DNA of 64,000 nt from Spirochaetia bacterium (GCA_965203515.1 OZ241907.1:32001-96000), one strand, 5' to 3'. Shown: positions 29,172 to 39,099, counted from the first letter of the stretch. Numbers and translations: made by a program. Notes: generated by a model from the sequence alone, not told the origin.

Positions 29172-32100
29172 ATACTCCGACACCGACGTTGCAGAACCGG
29201 GACGTCTACCGGCAGGACCCCGACGAGATCTCCTTGCTGAACCACGGCGTCGCCGCCATGACCGACGCCGCGACCGCGGACGAGCGCCGCATCCTGCGCT
29301 TCGAGCTGCGCCACTTCGTCTGCGCCGGCCAGTACCGCGGCGGTCTGGTCCGCATCCTGGAGTCCTACCTCCGGCACCAGGGCCAGCCGGAGCAGCCGGC
29401 GGCCTGGATCAGCGGCTTCTTCGGCAGCGGCAAGTCGCATCTGGCAAAGATGCTGCGCTTCCTGTGGGCCGACTTCACGTTCCCGGAGGATGGCGCCACC
29501 GCGCGCGGCCTGGCGCGGCTGCCGGACGAGGTGCGGGACCTGCTCGCCGAGGTCTCCACCCTGGGTCGGCGCGGGCGCGGGCTGCACGCCGCGGCCGGCA
29601 CGCTGGGCGCCGGCGCCGGGGACAGCGTCCGGCTGGCGCTGCTCGGCATCGTCTTCAAGTCCGCCGGTCTGCCGGAGAGCTGGCCCCTGGCGCAGTTCTG
29701 CCTGTGGCTCAAGAAGAACCGCCTCTACGACCGGGTGCGCGCCGCGGTCGAGGCGGAAGGGCGGCCGTTTCGGCGCGAGTTGCAGGACCTGTACGTGAGT
29801 CCGGTCATCGCCCGCGCGCTGCTCGCCGCCGATGCCGGCCTCGCCCGCGACGAGCGGGAGGTCCGGGCGGTGCTGCGCGGGCAGTTCCCCAAGGCCGCCG
29901 ACATCACCACCGACCAGTTCGTCGACGCGCTGCAGGAGGCGCTGGCGGCCGGCGGCGCGCTGCCGGCGACGGCGATCATTCTCGACGAGGTGCAGCAGTA
30001 CATCGGCGAGGACACCGACCGCTCCTACGTCGTCCAGGAGGTGGTCGAAGCGTGCAGCAAGCGGTTCGGCGACCGCCTGCTGTTCGTCGGCACCGGTCAG
30101 ACGGCGCTCTCCGGCACCGCGGCGCTGCATCGCCTGCAGGGCCGCTTCGCGGTCAACGTGGAGCTCTCCGATGCCGACGTCGAGACGGTGATCCGGCGCG
30201 TGGTGCTGGCCAAGCGCCAGGATCGCGTTGCCGAGGTCCGCGCGGCCCTGGAGGCGAACGCGGGGGAAATCGGCCGCCACCTGACCGGCAGCCGGATCGG
30301 CCCGCGCGCCGAGGATCAGGAGATTCTGGTCGACGACTACCCGCTGCTGCCGGTGCGCCGGCGCTTCTGGGAGTACGCGCTGCGCGCGGTCGACCGCGCC
30401 GGCACCGCCGGGCAGCTCCGCACCCAACTCCGCATCGTCTACGACGCCATCCGCCGCACCGCCGGCGAGCCGCTCGGAAGCGTCGTGCCGGCCGACTTCC
30501 TGTTCGACGAACAGGCGTCCAGTCTGCAGCAGTCCGGCGTGTTGCTGCGCGAGCTGCACGAGACGATCGTCCGGCAGCGAGCTGACGGCAGTGCCGACGG
30601 CCTCCTCAAGTCGCGGCTGTGCGCGCTGGTCTTCCTGATCCGCAAGCTCCCGCGCGAGGCCGGGGCGGACATCGGCGTGCACGCCACCGCGGAGGCGCTG
30701 GCCGACCTGCTGGTGCGGGATCTGGCGACCGACGGCGCGGCGCTGCGCGGCCGGCTGCCGGCGCTCCTGGACGAGTTGGTCGCCGCCGGCACGCTGATGC
30801 AGCTCGGCCGGGAGTTCAGCCTGCAGACCCGCGAGAGCAGCGACTGGGAAGCGGAGTTCCGCAACCGGCAGCGCCGGCTTGCCGGCGATCCGGCCGCCAT
30901 GAGCAGCGTGCGCACCGCGCTGCTCGGCAGCGCGGTGCAGGCGGCGCTGGGGCCGCTGCGGCTCACCCACGGGGCGAGCAAGGAACCGCGCAAGCTGGCG
31001 CTGCACTTCGGGTCCGAGGCGCCGTCGGCGGACCGCGACCTCCCGGTGTGGGTGCGCGACGGGTGGGGCGCCGCGGAGAGCGCCGTGCTGGCCGAGGCGC
31101 GCGCCGCCGGCGCGGACGACCCGGTGATCCACCTGTTCGTGCCCAAGTCCGACGCCGACGCGCTGGCGCGGCTGATCGCCGCCCGCGGCGCCGCGCAGGA
31201 GACGCTGGACTACCAGGGCATCCCGTCCGGGCCGGAAGGGATCGAGGCGCGAGGGGGCATGGAGACGCGGCTGACCGCGGCGGAGCGCAACCTGCAGGCA
31301 ATGATGGCGCGCGCTGCCGGCGGCGCGAAGGTGTTTCAGGGCGGCGGCCACGAGCGGCCGGAATCGACCGTGGCCGAGAAGGTGCGGGCAGCGGCGGCCG
31401 CCTCGCTGGAGCGGCTGTTCTTCCGGTTCAAGGACGCCGACCACGACCGTTGGCCCGCGGTGATCGAGCGCGCCCGCGGCGGCGCGGAAAGCCCGTTGGC
31501 GGCGCTCGACTTCAACGGCAAGACCGCGGACCACCCGGTGTGCGCGGCGGTGCTCGCCTGGGTCGGCGCCGGCAAGCGGGGCCGGGAGGTGCGCGCCCAC
31601 TTCTCGGCGCCGCCCTGCGGCTGGCCGCGCGACGCGATCGACGGGGCGCTGCTCAGCCTGTTCGCGACCGGGCACCTGCGCGCGACCGCCAACGGCGTGG
31701 CCGTCGCCCCGCGCGGGCTGGACCAGGCAAAGGTGTCTCGTACGGACTTCCGGGTGGAGACCGCGACGGTCGCCGCGCCGCAGCGCCTGCAGGCGCGCAG
31801 GCTGTTTCAGAGCGCGGGCGTGGACTGCAAGCCGAACGAAGAGGTGGAGGCGGCCGGCCGCTTTCTGGACCGGCTCCTGGAGCTGGCCGCCGGCGCCGGC
31901 GGCGAGGCGCCGCTGCCGGTCCGGCCGGATACCGGAGCGGTGGAGGAGCTGCGCTCCCGGGCCGGCAACGAGCAGCTCCTGGCGGTGCTCGACCGGCACG
32001 ACCAACTGGCGGCGAGCCTGGCCGACTGGACCGCGGCCGGGCAGTTGGCAGCCGCGCGCCTGCCCGCGTTCCGGCGCCTGCAGGCGCTGGCCCGCCACGC

Positions 32101-32632
32101 GGAGGGACTTGCGGCCGCCGGCGCGGCGCAGCCGCAGCTCGCCGCGCTCGTGGAGCACCGGCGGCTGCTGGACGCGACCGATCCGGTGCCCGACCTCGCC
32201 GCGCGCCTCACCGATGCGCTGCGCGCCGCGCTGGCGCGGTCGCAAGCGGGCTACGACGAAACGTACCAGGCGGAGCGGCAACGTCTGGAGCAAGCCGAAA
32301 GCTGGCGGCAGCTCGATCCCGCCCGGCGCCGCGAAATCCTCGACCGGCTGCGCCTGGAGCCGGTTACCGCCGGGGCGACCGGCACCGAGCAGGAGGTACT
32401 GGAGTCGCTGGACCGTATCTCCCTGGATGGCTGGCGCACGCGCGCCGCGGCCCTCCCGCAGTGGTTCGCGCAGGCCCGCGCCGCGGCCGACCGGCTGGTC
32501 GAACCGGAGATCCGCCACCATAAGCTCACCGGCGCCACGCTGCGCACGCCGGCAGATGTCCGGGCCTGGATCGAGACCACCGAACGGGAACTGCTGAATC
32601 AGGTGGAGCAGGGCCCGGTCGTCATTGGCTGA
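29168..32632 (+). CDS. brxC: BREX system P-loop ATPase BrxC
   Basis: WISGFFGSGKSH, ILDEVQQYIG, RLQGRF, VVLAK, YPLLP, PPCGWPRD; 1154 aa. Confidence 0.92.
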   Translation: MNTPTPTLQNRDVYRQDPDEISLLNHGVAAMTDAATADERRILRFELRHFVCAGQYRGGLVRILESYLRHQGQPEQPAAWISGFFGSGKSHLAKMLRFLWADFTFPEDGATARGLARLPDEVRDLLAEVSTLGRRGRGLHAAAGTLGAGAGDSVRLALLGIVFKSAGLPESWPLAQFCLWLKKNRLYDRVRAAVEAEGRPFRRELQDLYVSPVIARALLAADAGLARDEREVRAVLRGQFPKAADITTDQFVDALQEALAAGGALPATAIILDEVQQYIGEDTDRSYVVQEVVEACSKRFGDRLLFVGTGQTALSGTAALHRLQGRFAVNVELSDADVETVIRRVVLAKRQDRVAEVRAALEANAGEIGRHLTGSRIGPRAEDQEILVDDYPLLPVRRRFWEYALRAVDRAGTAGQLRTQLRIVYDAIRRTAGEPLGSVVPADFLFDEQASSLQQSGVLLRELHETIVRQRADGSADGLLKSRLCALVFLIRKLPREAGADIGVHATAEALADLLVRDLATDGAALRGRLPALLDELVAAGTLMQLGREFSLQTRESSDWEAEFRNRQRRLAGDPAAMSSVRTALLGSAVQAALGPLRLTHGASKEPRKLALHFGSEAPSADRDLPVWVRDGWGAAESAVLAEARAAGADDPVIHLFVPKSDADALARLIAARGAAQETLDYQGIPSGPEGIEARGGMETRLTAAERNLQAMMARAAGGAKVFQGGGHERPESTVAEKVRAAAAASLERLFFRFKDADHDRWPAVIERARGGAESPLAALDFNGKTADHPVCAAVLAWVGAGKRGREVRAHFSAPPCGWPRDAIDGALLSLFATGHLRATANGVAVAPRGLDQAKVSRTDFRVETATVAAPQRLQARRLFQSAGVDCKPNEEVEAAGRFLDRLLELAAGAGGEAPLPVRPDTGAVEELRSRAGNEQLLAVLDRHDQLAASLADWTAAGQLAAARLPAFRRLQALARHAEGLAAAGAAQPQLAALVEHRRLLDATDPVPDLAARLTDALRAALARSQAGYDETYQAERQRLEQAESWRQLDPARRREILDRLRLEPVTAGATGTEQEVLESLDRISLDGWRTRAAALPQWFAQARAAADRLVEPEIRHHKLTGATLRTPADVRAWIETTERELLNQVEQGPVVIG

Positions 32633-32664
32633 GAAGGTACGCCGATATGCGGCGACCGGCTTCA

Positions 32665-32729
32665 GTATCCTTTTCGTCTAGTCACGATTGGACAAGCCGT
32701 GACTAGACTAATGGCGGTATCCTTATCGT
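32665..32729. promoter_or_regulatory. AT-richer intergenic element: 11-bp inverted repeat flanked by 13-bp direct repeats
   Basis: GTCTAGTCACG(32676-32686)-11 nt-CGTGACTAGAC(32698-32708); GTATCCTT(T/A)TCGT at 32665 and 32717. Confidence 0.55.
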
Positions 32730-32754
32730 TTACTCCAGGGGCGGAGCGCACCGA

Positions 32755-34494
32755 ATGAATTACGAGGACGACGACATCGCGCGGCAGTTGCGGCTGGGTG
32801 AGGACAGCGGTTGGGAGTTCAAGCAGATCGAGTTTTCCGGCAACCGCCCGCAGAGCCCGCGCCGCGACGACCTTGCCGATGAGATTGCGGCCTTCGCCAA
32901 CAGCGACGGCGGCGTGTTGCTGTGCGGCGTAACCGACCGGGGCGCCGTGCAAGGCATGACGCGGGCGCAGATGGACGCGCTGGAGCGGTTCGTCGTGGAC
33001 CTCTGCACCGACGCGATCAAGCCGCCGGTACGGCCGGCCATCTTGCGCCGGGAGCTGGAGGCCGGCAAGCCGTTCCTGGTGGTCGCGGTGGCTCGGGGGG
33101 AAGCGCAGCACGACAGCCCCGGCGGCAGCTACTACCGCGTGGGAAGCTCGAAGCGCAGGATGACGAGCGACGAGCGGCTGCGGCTGGCGCAACGGCGCGG
33201 GCAGACGCGATTCCTCTGGTTCGACAAGCAGACGGTACCGGAGACGGGGTTCGGTACGCTGGACGAGGCCCTGTGGAAGCCGCTGCTGAGCGCGCAGGGC
33301 GCCGCCGACCCCGCCCTTGCGCTGGAGAAGATGGGGTTGCTCGCGCGCGGCGTCACCGGCGCGGTGGAGGCGACCGTGGCCGGCCTGCTGCTGTGCAGTC
33401 AGGCGCCGGACGAGTGGCTGCCGAATGCCGCCATAACGGCTACGCACTACCGCGGCGTGGACCGCGCTTCAGGTCAGTTGGACGCTCAGACCATCACCGG
33501 ACCGTTGAGCCGGCAGATTGCCGAGGCGGTCGCGTTCGCGGTCCGCAACATGCGGGTCGGCGCCTACAAGAGCCCGGCCCGCATCGACCTGCCGCAATAC
33601 AGCGAACGCGCGCTGTTCGAAGCGATGGTCAACGCGGTGGCGCATCGGGACTACTCGATCCGGGGCAGCCGGATTCGCCTGTCGATGTTCGCCGATCGCA
33701 TCGAGGTCAACTCGCCCGGCGGGCTGGCGAATAATCTCGCGGTGGACACGATGGCCATGCGCCAATCCACGCGCAACGAAGCGCTCGCGTCGGCGCTCGG
33801 CCGCCTGCCGGTCGGCGCCGTCCGCGGGGCGGGCGAGCGGCGCTACTTCATGGAGCGGCGCGGTGACGGCGTGCCGACGATCCTGCGCGAGACGCGCGCG
33901 CTGAGCGGCAAGGCGCCGGAGTATCGGCTGATCGACAACTCCGATCTGTTTCTCACGCTGCCGGCGGCGGCGACCGTCCCTACCCCGGTCAGGATCGTCA
34001 TCGCGGTGCGCAGCCGAGGCGCCGCCGTGCCAAACGTCGATCTGCTGGTGCTGATGCCGAACGAATCGTGGCGACGGGCGACGACCTGCGACGCCGGCGA
34101 GGCGGTGGTCGAGCTGCATCTTTCACACCTTCCCGTCACCGTGTTCGCGGCCGCTGCCGGCTACGCGGCGCACCTGATTCGGGATTGGCAGCCGCGCCGC
34201 GGCGCGCTGACCATCGAGCTCGAACCGCTGCCGGACGGCGGCGCGGTCATCTTCCCGGACGCAACCGGCGAGATTCCCGGGCTTGGAGGGCGGCTCAACC
34301 CGGTGCGTGACCCGCTCGACCGCACCTTCCTCCATGCCTCCGGCATCGCGATCGACCAGGGCCGGCCGCAGCCCGTTCACTTTCTACTCGGCGAGACCCT
34401 GCGGCTTACCGACGCCGATGGCCGCGAACGGCTGGCGCGCATCGTCGACATCATCGGCTGCGCGGCCCTGATAGAGTACCGTCCCGTCGGGTAA
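32755..34494 (+). CDS. Schlafen/AlbA_2 + HATPase_c_4 protein with an additional C-terminal beta-rich domain
   Basis: GEDSGWEFK, AFANSDGG, GVTD; EAMVNAVAHRDY, DRIEVNSPGG, RNEAL, MERRGDGV; ~170 aa extension after ~aa 407. Confidence 0.85.
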   Translation: MNYEDDDIARQLRLGEDSGWEFKQIEFSGNRPQSPRRDDLADEIAAFANSDGGVLLCGVTDRGAVQGMTRAQMDALERFVVDLCTDAIKPPVRPAILRRELEAGKPFLVVAVARGEAQHDSPGGSYYRVGSSKRRMTSDERLRLAQRRGQTRFLWFDKQTVPETGFGTLDEALWKPLLSAQGAADPALALEKMGLLARGVTGAVEATVAGLLLCSQAPDEWLPNAAITATHYRGVDRASGQLDAQTITGPLSRQIAEAVAFAVRNMRVGAYKSPARIDLPQYSERALFEAMVNAVAHRDYSIRGSRIRLSMFADRIEVNSPGGLANNLAVDTMAMRQSTRNEALASALGRLPVGAVRGAGERRYFMERRGDGVPTILRETRALSGKAPEYRLIDNSDLFLTLPAAATVPTPVRIVIAVRSRGAAVPNVDLLVLMPNESWRRATTCDAGEAVVELHLSHLPVTVFAAAAGYAAHLIRDWQPRRGALTIELEPLPDGGAVIFPDATGEIPGLGGRLNPVRDPLDRTFLHASGIAIDQGRPQPVHFLLGETLRLTDADGRERLARIVDIIGCAALIEYRPVG

Positions 34495-34670
34495 CGCGTA
34501 GCAGACGACCTTGCAGCGCCTGCGAAAGGAGGCGCTGACCGAATGGCTGCAGCGATACCAGCTCGGACAGCTCTGGGCCTCGGGTTCGATCGGGGGCAAT
34601 CGCTGGTGAGCGGCTGCGGTAGCGGTACGCGACGCGCGTTCGGAGTATGGTGGTGGGCGGAGGGTCGCAG

Positions 34671-35474
34671 ATGGCACGCGTAGCAGGCACGGCACTCGCT
34701 CCGGTTGCTCCGGAGGAGATCGAGTACCCCAGTTCGGACGGCGAGCGGGTGGCGGAAAGCAGCTTTCAACTCATCCCGCTGTTCTACGCCTTCGACGCGC
34801 TGCGGCGCCGCTATGCCGCTCGTGAGGACGTGTTCGTAGCGGCCGTCCTGCTGTTGTACTACCAGGAGGGCAACCCGGCGGCGCGGGTGGCGCCGGACGT
34901 ATTCGTGGTGCTTGGCGCGGCGAATCGCCCGCGCCACACGTATCAGTTGTGGAAGGAACCGAAGGGGCCGGACTTCGTGCTGGAGATCACCTCGGCAAGC
35001 ACCAGGGACCGGGATCAGGGACCGAAGCGAGAGACGTACCGACAGTTGGGAGTGCGGGAGTACTTCCAGTACGACCCGACGCGGGACTATCTGGACCCGC
35101 CGTTGCAGGGGCTGGAACTGATCGGGGGAAGGTACGAGCTGCGGCCGCCCGATGAGCTGGCGGACGGAACTCTGCGGCTGGAGAGCAAGGTGCTGGGGCT
35201 GGAATTGCGGGAGGAGGCGGAGCGGCTGCGGTTCTACGATCCGGCCCCGCAGGGCTATCTGCTTTCGTCGAAGGAACTAGAGCAGCGGCGGAAGCGGGCA
35301 GAGGAGCGGATGCGGTTGGAAGCCGCCGCCCACCGCCAGACGGAAGCCCGTCTCCATGACGAAGCCACCGCCCGCCGCCAAGCGGAGGCCGCCCAGAGCC
35401 AAGCGGAAGAGCGCATCGCCGCACTTGAGGCGCTGCTCCGCGAGCGGGGTGAGAACGGCACACTAGGCAGATAG
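34671..35474 (+). CDS. Uma2 family (PD-(D/E)xK) endonuclease with coiled-coil tail
   Basis: EYPSSDG, VAPDVFVV, PDFVLEITSAST, LGVREYFQYDP; tail of EAAAHRQTEAR/EATARRQAEAA repeats. Confidence 0.9.
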   Translation: MARVAGTALAPVAPEEIEYPSSDGERVAESSFQLIPLFYAFDALRRRYAAREDVFVAAVLLLYYQEGNPAARVAPDVFVVLGAANRPRHTYQLWKEPKGPDFVLEITSASTRDRDQGPKRETYRQLGVREYFQYDPTRDYLDPPLQGLELIGGRYELRPPDELADGTLRLESKVLGLELREEAERLRFYDPAPQGYLLSSKELEQRRKRAEERMRLEAAAHRQTEARLHDEATARRQAEAAQSQAEERIAALEALLRERGENGTLGR

Positions 35475-35483
35475 CCGCCGGCG

Positions 35484-38400
35484 ATGACGACCCTGTCAGC
35501 GGACCTGCGCCGGCAACTGGAGCGCACCGTCATGCAAGCGCGCGACGTCGCCGAGACCGGCGCCCGAGCGGCGCTGGAGGCGCTCGCCGTTGCCGAAGCC
35601 CAGCCCTACGGTCACATGGACACCGCGCAGCGCGACCTGCGTCTGCGGCTGCGCGCCCACGCCCGGCAGCTCGGCGACCGCCTCGGCGCCGCTGCGGGAG
35701 CCCGGTCGATCGATCACGTGGTCTACGAGTGCGCCTATGAGCACTGGCACGGCATGCTGTTCGCCCGCTTCCTGGCCGAGAACCACCTGCTGATCGAGCC
35801 GGAACTGGGCATCGCGGTCACCCTGGCGGAGTGCGCGGAACTGGCCCAGGAGGAGCAGGACGCCGACCAGTGGACGCTGGCCGCGCGCTTCGCCCAGCGC
35901 ATGCTGCCGCAGGTGTTCCGACCTGGCCAACCGGCCTGCGCGGTCCGCCTCGCCCGCGAACACCGGCTGGCGTTGGAGCGGCTGGTCGAGAGCCTGCCGG
36001 CGGAGGTGTTCGCGGCAGACGACTCGCTCGGCTGGGTCTACCAGTTCTGGCAATCGGCCGCGAAGGCCGAGGTGAACCGTTCCGAGGTCAAGATCGGCGC
36101 GGACGAGCTGGCCGCGGTGACGCAACTGTTCACCGAGCCCTACATGGTGAGCTTCCTGCTGGACAACTCCCTGGGGGCGTGGTGGGCGTCACGCCGCCTG
36201 CCCGACCTGACCGAGGCCGCGCTGACCGGCGCCGGCACGGAAGCGGAATTGCGCCGAGCGGCGGCGCTGCCCGGTGTGCCGCTCGATTATCTGCGCTTCG
36301 TGCGCCACGATGAAGGAGAAGGAACCGGGCCTGCGCGGTGGCGTCCCGCGGCCGGCGCATTCGACGGCTGGCCGGAGCAGCTCGGCGACCTGAAGGTTCT
36401 GGACCCCTGCTGCGGTTCGGGACACTTCCTGGTCGCCACCCTGGGGATGCTGGTGCCGATGCGCATGGAAAGCGAGGGGCTGACCCCGCGCGCGGCCGTG
36501 GACGCGGTGCTGCGCGACAACCTGCACGGCCTGGAACTGGACCCGCGTTGCGTGGAGCTGGCCGCGTTCGCCCTGGCACTGGCCGCCTGGCGCTGGCCCG
36601 ACGCCGGCGGCTATCGACCGCTGCCGACGCTGAACGTGGCCTGCTCAGGGCTCGCGCCCAACGCGGCCAAGGAGGAGTGGACCGCGTTGGCGGAGCAGGC
36701 CGCCGCCGGCGATACCGCGCTTTCGGCGCAGCTTCGCGGCAGCCTGGACGCGCTGCACGATCTGTTTCGGCAGGCGCCGCTGCTGGGCTCGCTGATCGAC
36801 CCGCGGACGCTGAAGCGGGAGCTGTTTCAGGGTGACTACGAGTCGGTGCAGGCGCTGTTCGCCGCCGCGGCCGCATCGGAGCGCGCCACCTTCGAGCAGA
36901 CCGAGCGCGCGGTAGCGGCGCAGGGAATCGCGCGCGCCGCCGAGTTGCTGGCCGGCCGCTACCACCTCGTGATCACGAATGTTCCCTACCTTGTACGCCG
37001 CAAGCAGAGCGAAGAGCTACGCGCCTTCTGCGAAGCCCGCTACCCGGCCGCCAAGAACGATCTGGCCACCGTATACCTGGAACGTGCCTTGAGTCTGTGC
37101 GTAGAAGGAGGAACCGCCACCTTGGTGATGCCGCAGAACTGGCTGTTCCTCTCCAGCTACAAGTCGCTCCGTTCGAAGCTGCTGAAGACGCAGACGTGGC
37201 AATTGCTAGCGCGCCTCGGCACAAGGTCTTTTCGGACTCCAATGTACGATTTCAACATTCAGTTGATGACCGTCACTAAGGGTCAAGGTGCCGAGGTAAC
37301 CGACCTGACGTATAGCCTTGATGTTTCCGCATTCCACACCGATGTCGAGAAGTCGGCACGGTTGTCGGCGGTTACGGTAACCGGGTCTCCGCAGCAGGAA
37401 TACCTTGCGAATCCAAAGGCAGTCATTTCGTCTGGCCGTCCTCCGGCAGGCGGAATGCGGTTGGCAGACGTCGCTGACTTCGGCAAGGGCAGTACTACCG
37501 GTGACGCTCCGAGATTCCTGTCCTGCTTCTGGGAGTTTCCGGAAGTCGCGTCCCATCACGTCTTGTGGCTCAACTCGCCAAGTGAGCATGCATGGTCCGG
37601 AAGGACGCAGATTTGCAAGGTGCCCTTGAACCACGACGACCTGAGCGTCCAGCGAGGTTGCTGGATACGGGGACAGGGTGTCTTTGGCCGCGCCGGAGTC
37701 GCAGTCAACAAGATGCAGCGGCTGGAACCCTTTCTCTACGCCGGGGAAGTGTTCGACGACAACGTATGCCCGATCGCGCCGAAAGATGCCGGTCTGATCC
37801 CGGCCGTATGGTCGTACGTCCAATCGGCCCACTATCACGACGACGTACGGTCCGTTGACCAGGCGCTGAAGGTTACGGCCGGGACGCTGACGGCCGTTCC
37901 CTTCGACCCGGACCGCTGGACCGAGGTCGCCGCCGAACAATATCCCAACGGCCTTCCGCTCCCCTACACCGACGATCCCACGCAATGGATATTCCACGGC
38001 CATCCGTGCGGGTCGGTCATCTGGGACGAAACGACCAGGCGCACTGCCAACGGACCGTACCGGGAAGACGCTAGCGTGCTGCAGGTCGCCGTAGCCCGCC
38101 TGCTCGGCTACCGCTGGCCGGCGGAACGGGACGATGCCATGGAACTGGCCGCCGAACAGCGCGCCTGGGTCCGCCGCTGCGCCGCGCTGCACCGCTTCTC
38201 GGACCAGGACGGCATCGTCTGCCTGCCGGCGGTGCGCGGCGAACTGCCCGCTGCCGACCGCCTGCTGCGCCTGCTGGCCGCCGCCTTCGGCGAGGCGTGG
38301 AGCGACGCCACGCTCCCTCGCCTCCTGGCCGCTGCCGGCAGCCCCAGCCTCGACGACTGGCTGCGCAACCGCTTCTTCGAGCAGCACTGCAAGCGCTTCC

Positions 38401-39050
38401 ATCACCGCCCGTTCATCTGGCACGTCTGGGACGGCCGCCGCGACGGCTTTCACGCCCTGGTCAACTACCACAAGCTGGCAGCCGGGGGACAGCAAGGCCG
38501 GCAGCTCCTCGAATCCCTCACCTACAGCTACCTGGGCGACTGGATCACCCGCCGGAAAGACGGCGTGGAACGCGGCGCCGCCGGCGCCGAGGAGCGGCTT
38601 GCCGCCGCCTTTGCACTGCAACGGCGCCTCGCCGCGATCCTCGACGGCGAACCGCCGTTCGACCTGTTCATCCGCTGGAAGCCGCTCGCCGCGCAACCGA
38701 TCGGCTGGCACCCCGACGTCAACGACGGCGTGCGGCTCAACATCCGCCCCTTCATGGCCGCCGACCTCGCCGGCGGCAAGAAGGGCGCCGGCATCCTGCG
38801 CGCCAGACCTAACGTCCACTGGCGCAAGGACCGCGGCAAGGAACCCCGCACGCTGACCGCCGGCGGCAAGCCCTCGCCCTGGGCGCAAGACGACCGCGGT
38901 CTGGACGACGCCCGCGAGCTGCGCCCCCAGGAGGACTACCCGTGGTTCTGGCGGGGCGACCGGTTCACCGGCGACCGGGTAAACGACGTCCATCTCAAGA
39001 ACGCCACAAAATCAGAGCCTCGGAGGGAGATGCTTGGCTCAGAATGGTAG
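35484..39050 (+). CDS. pglX: BREX adenine-specific DNA methyltransferase PglX/BrxX
   Basis: LGWVYQFW, VTQLFTEPYMV, motif I LDPCCGSGHFL, motif IV ITNVPY, HHRPFIWHVWDG, PDVNDGVRLNIRPF. Confidence 0.92.
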   Translation: MTTLSADLRRQLERTVMQARDVAETGARAALEALAVAEAQPYGHMDTAQRDLRLRLRAHARQLGDRLGAAAGARSIDHVVYECAYEHWHGMLFARFLAENHLLIEPELGIAVTLAECAELAQEEQDADQWTLAARFAQRMLPQVFRPGQPACAVRLAREHRLALERLVESLPAEVFAADDSLGWVYQFWQSAAKAEVNRSEVKIGADELAAVTQLFTEPYMVSFLLDNSLGAWWASRRLPDLTEAALTGAGTEAELRRAAALPGVPLDYLRFVRHDEGEGTGPARWRPAAGAFDGWPEQLGDLKVLDPCCGSGHFLVATLGMLVPMRMESEGLTPRAAVDAVLRDNLHGLELDPRCVELAAFALALAAWRWPDAGGYRPLPTLNVACSGLAPNAAKEEWTALAEQAAAGDTALSAQLRGSLDALHDLFRQAPLLGSLIDPRTLKRELFQGDYESVQALFAAAAASERATFEQTERAVAAQGIARAAELLAGRYHLVITNVPYLVRRKQSEELRAFCEARYPAAKNDLATVYLERALSLCVEGGTATLVMPQNWLFLSSYKSLRSKLLKTQTWQLLARLGTRSFRTPMYDFNIQLMTVTKGQGAEVTDLTYSLDVSAFHTDVEKSARLSAVTVTGSPQQEYLANPKAVISSGRPPAGGMRLADVADFGKGSTTGDAPRFLSCFWEFPEVASHHVLWLNSPSEHAWSGRTQICKVPLNHDDLSVQRGCWIRGQGVFGRAGVAVNKMQRLEPFLYAGEVFDDNVCPIAPKDAGLIPAVWSYVQSAHYHDDVRSVDQALKVTAGTLTAVPFDPDRWTEVAAEQYPNGLPLPYTDDPTQWIFHGHPCGSVIWDETTRRTANGPYREDASVLQVAVARLLGYRWPAERDDAMELAAEQRAWVRRCAALHRFSDQDGIVCLPAVRGELPAADRLLRLLAAAFGEAWSDATLPRLLAAAGSPSLDDWLRNRFFEQHCKRFHHRPFIWHVWDGRRDGFHALVNYHKLAAGGQQGRQLLESLTYSYLGDWITRRKDGVERGAAGAEERLAAAFALQRRLAAILDGEPPFDLFIRWKPLAAQPIGWHPDVNDGVRLNIRPFMAADLAGGKKGAGILRARPNVHWRKDRGKEPRTLTAGGKPSPWAQDDRGLDDARELRPQEDYPWFWRGDRFTGDRVNDVHLKNATKSEPRREMLGSEW

Positions 39051-39099
39051 GCGTTCTCGGCGTGTTGACGATCTCTGCGAGGCTATAGACTCACGTCGA

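Noticed and set aside
29132..32521. 1129-aa antisense ORF over brxC (and similar long shadow ORFs, e.g. 50053-53082, 40516-42882, 16270-18702)
   Set aside because: They lie opposite well-supported genes, have no recognisable motifs, and are expected from stop-codon scarcity in high-GC coding DNA.
35275..35440. Repeats in the Uma2 C-terminus as a DNA repeat element
   Set aside because: They are explained by the coiled-coil tail commonly found on Uma2-family proteins.
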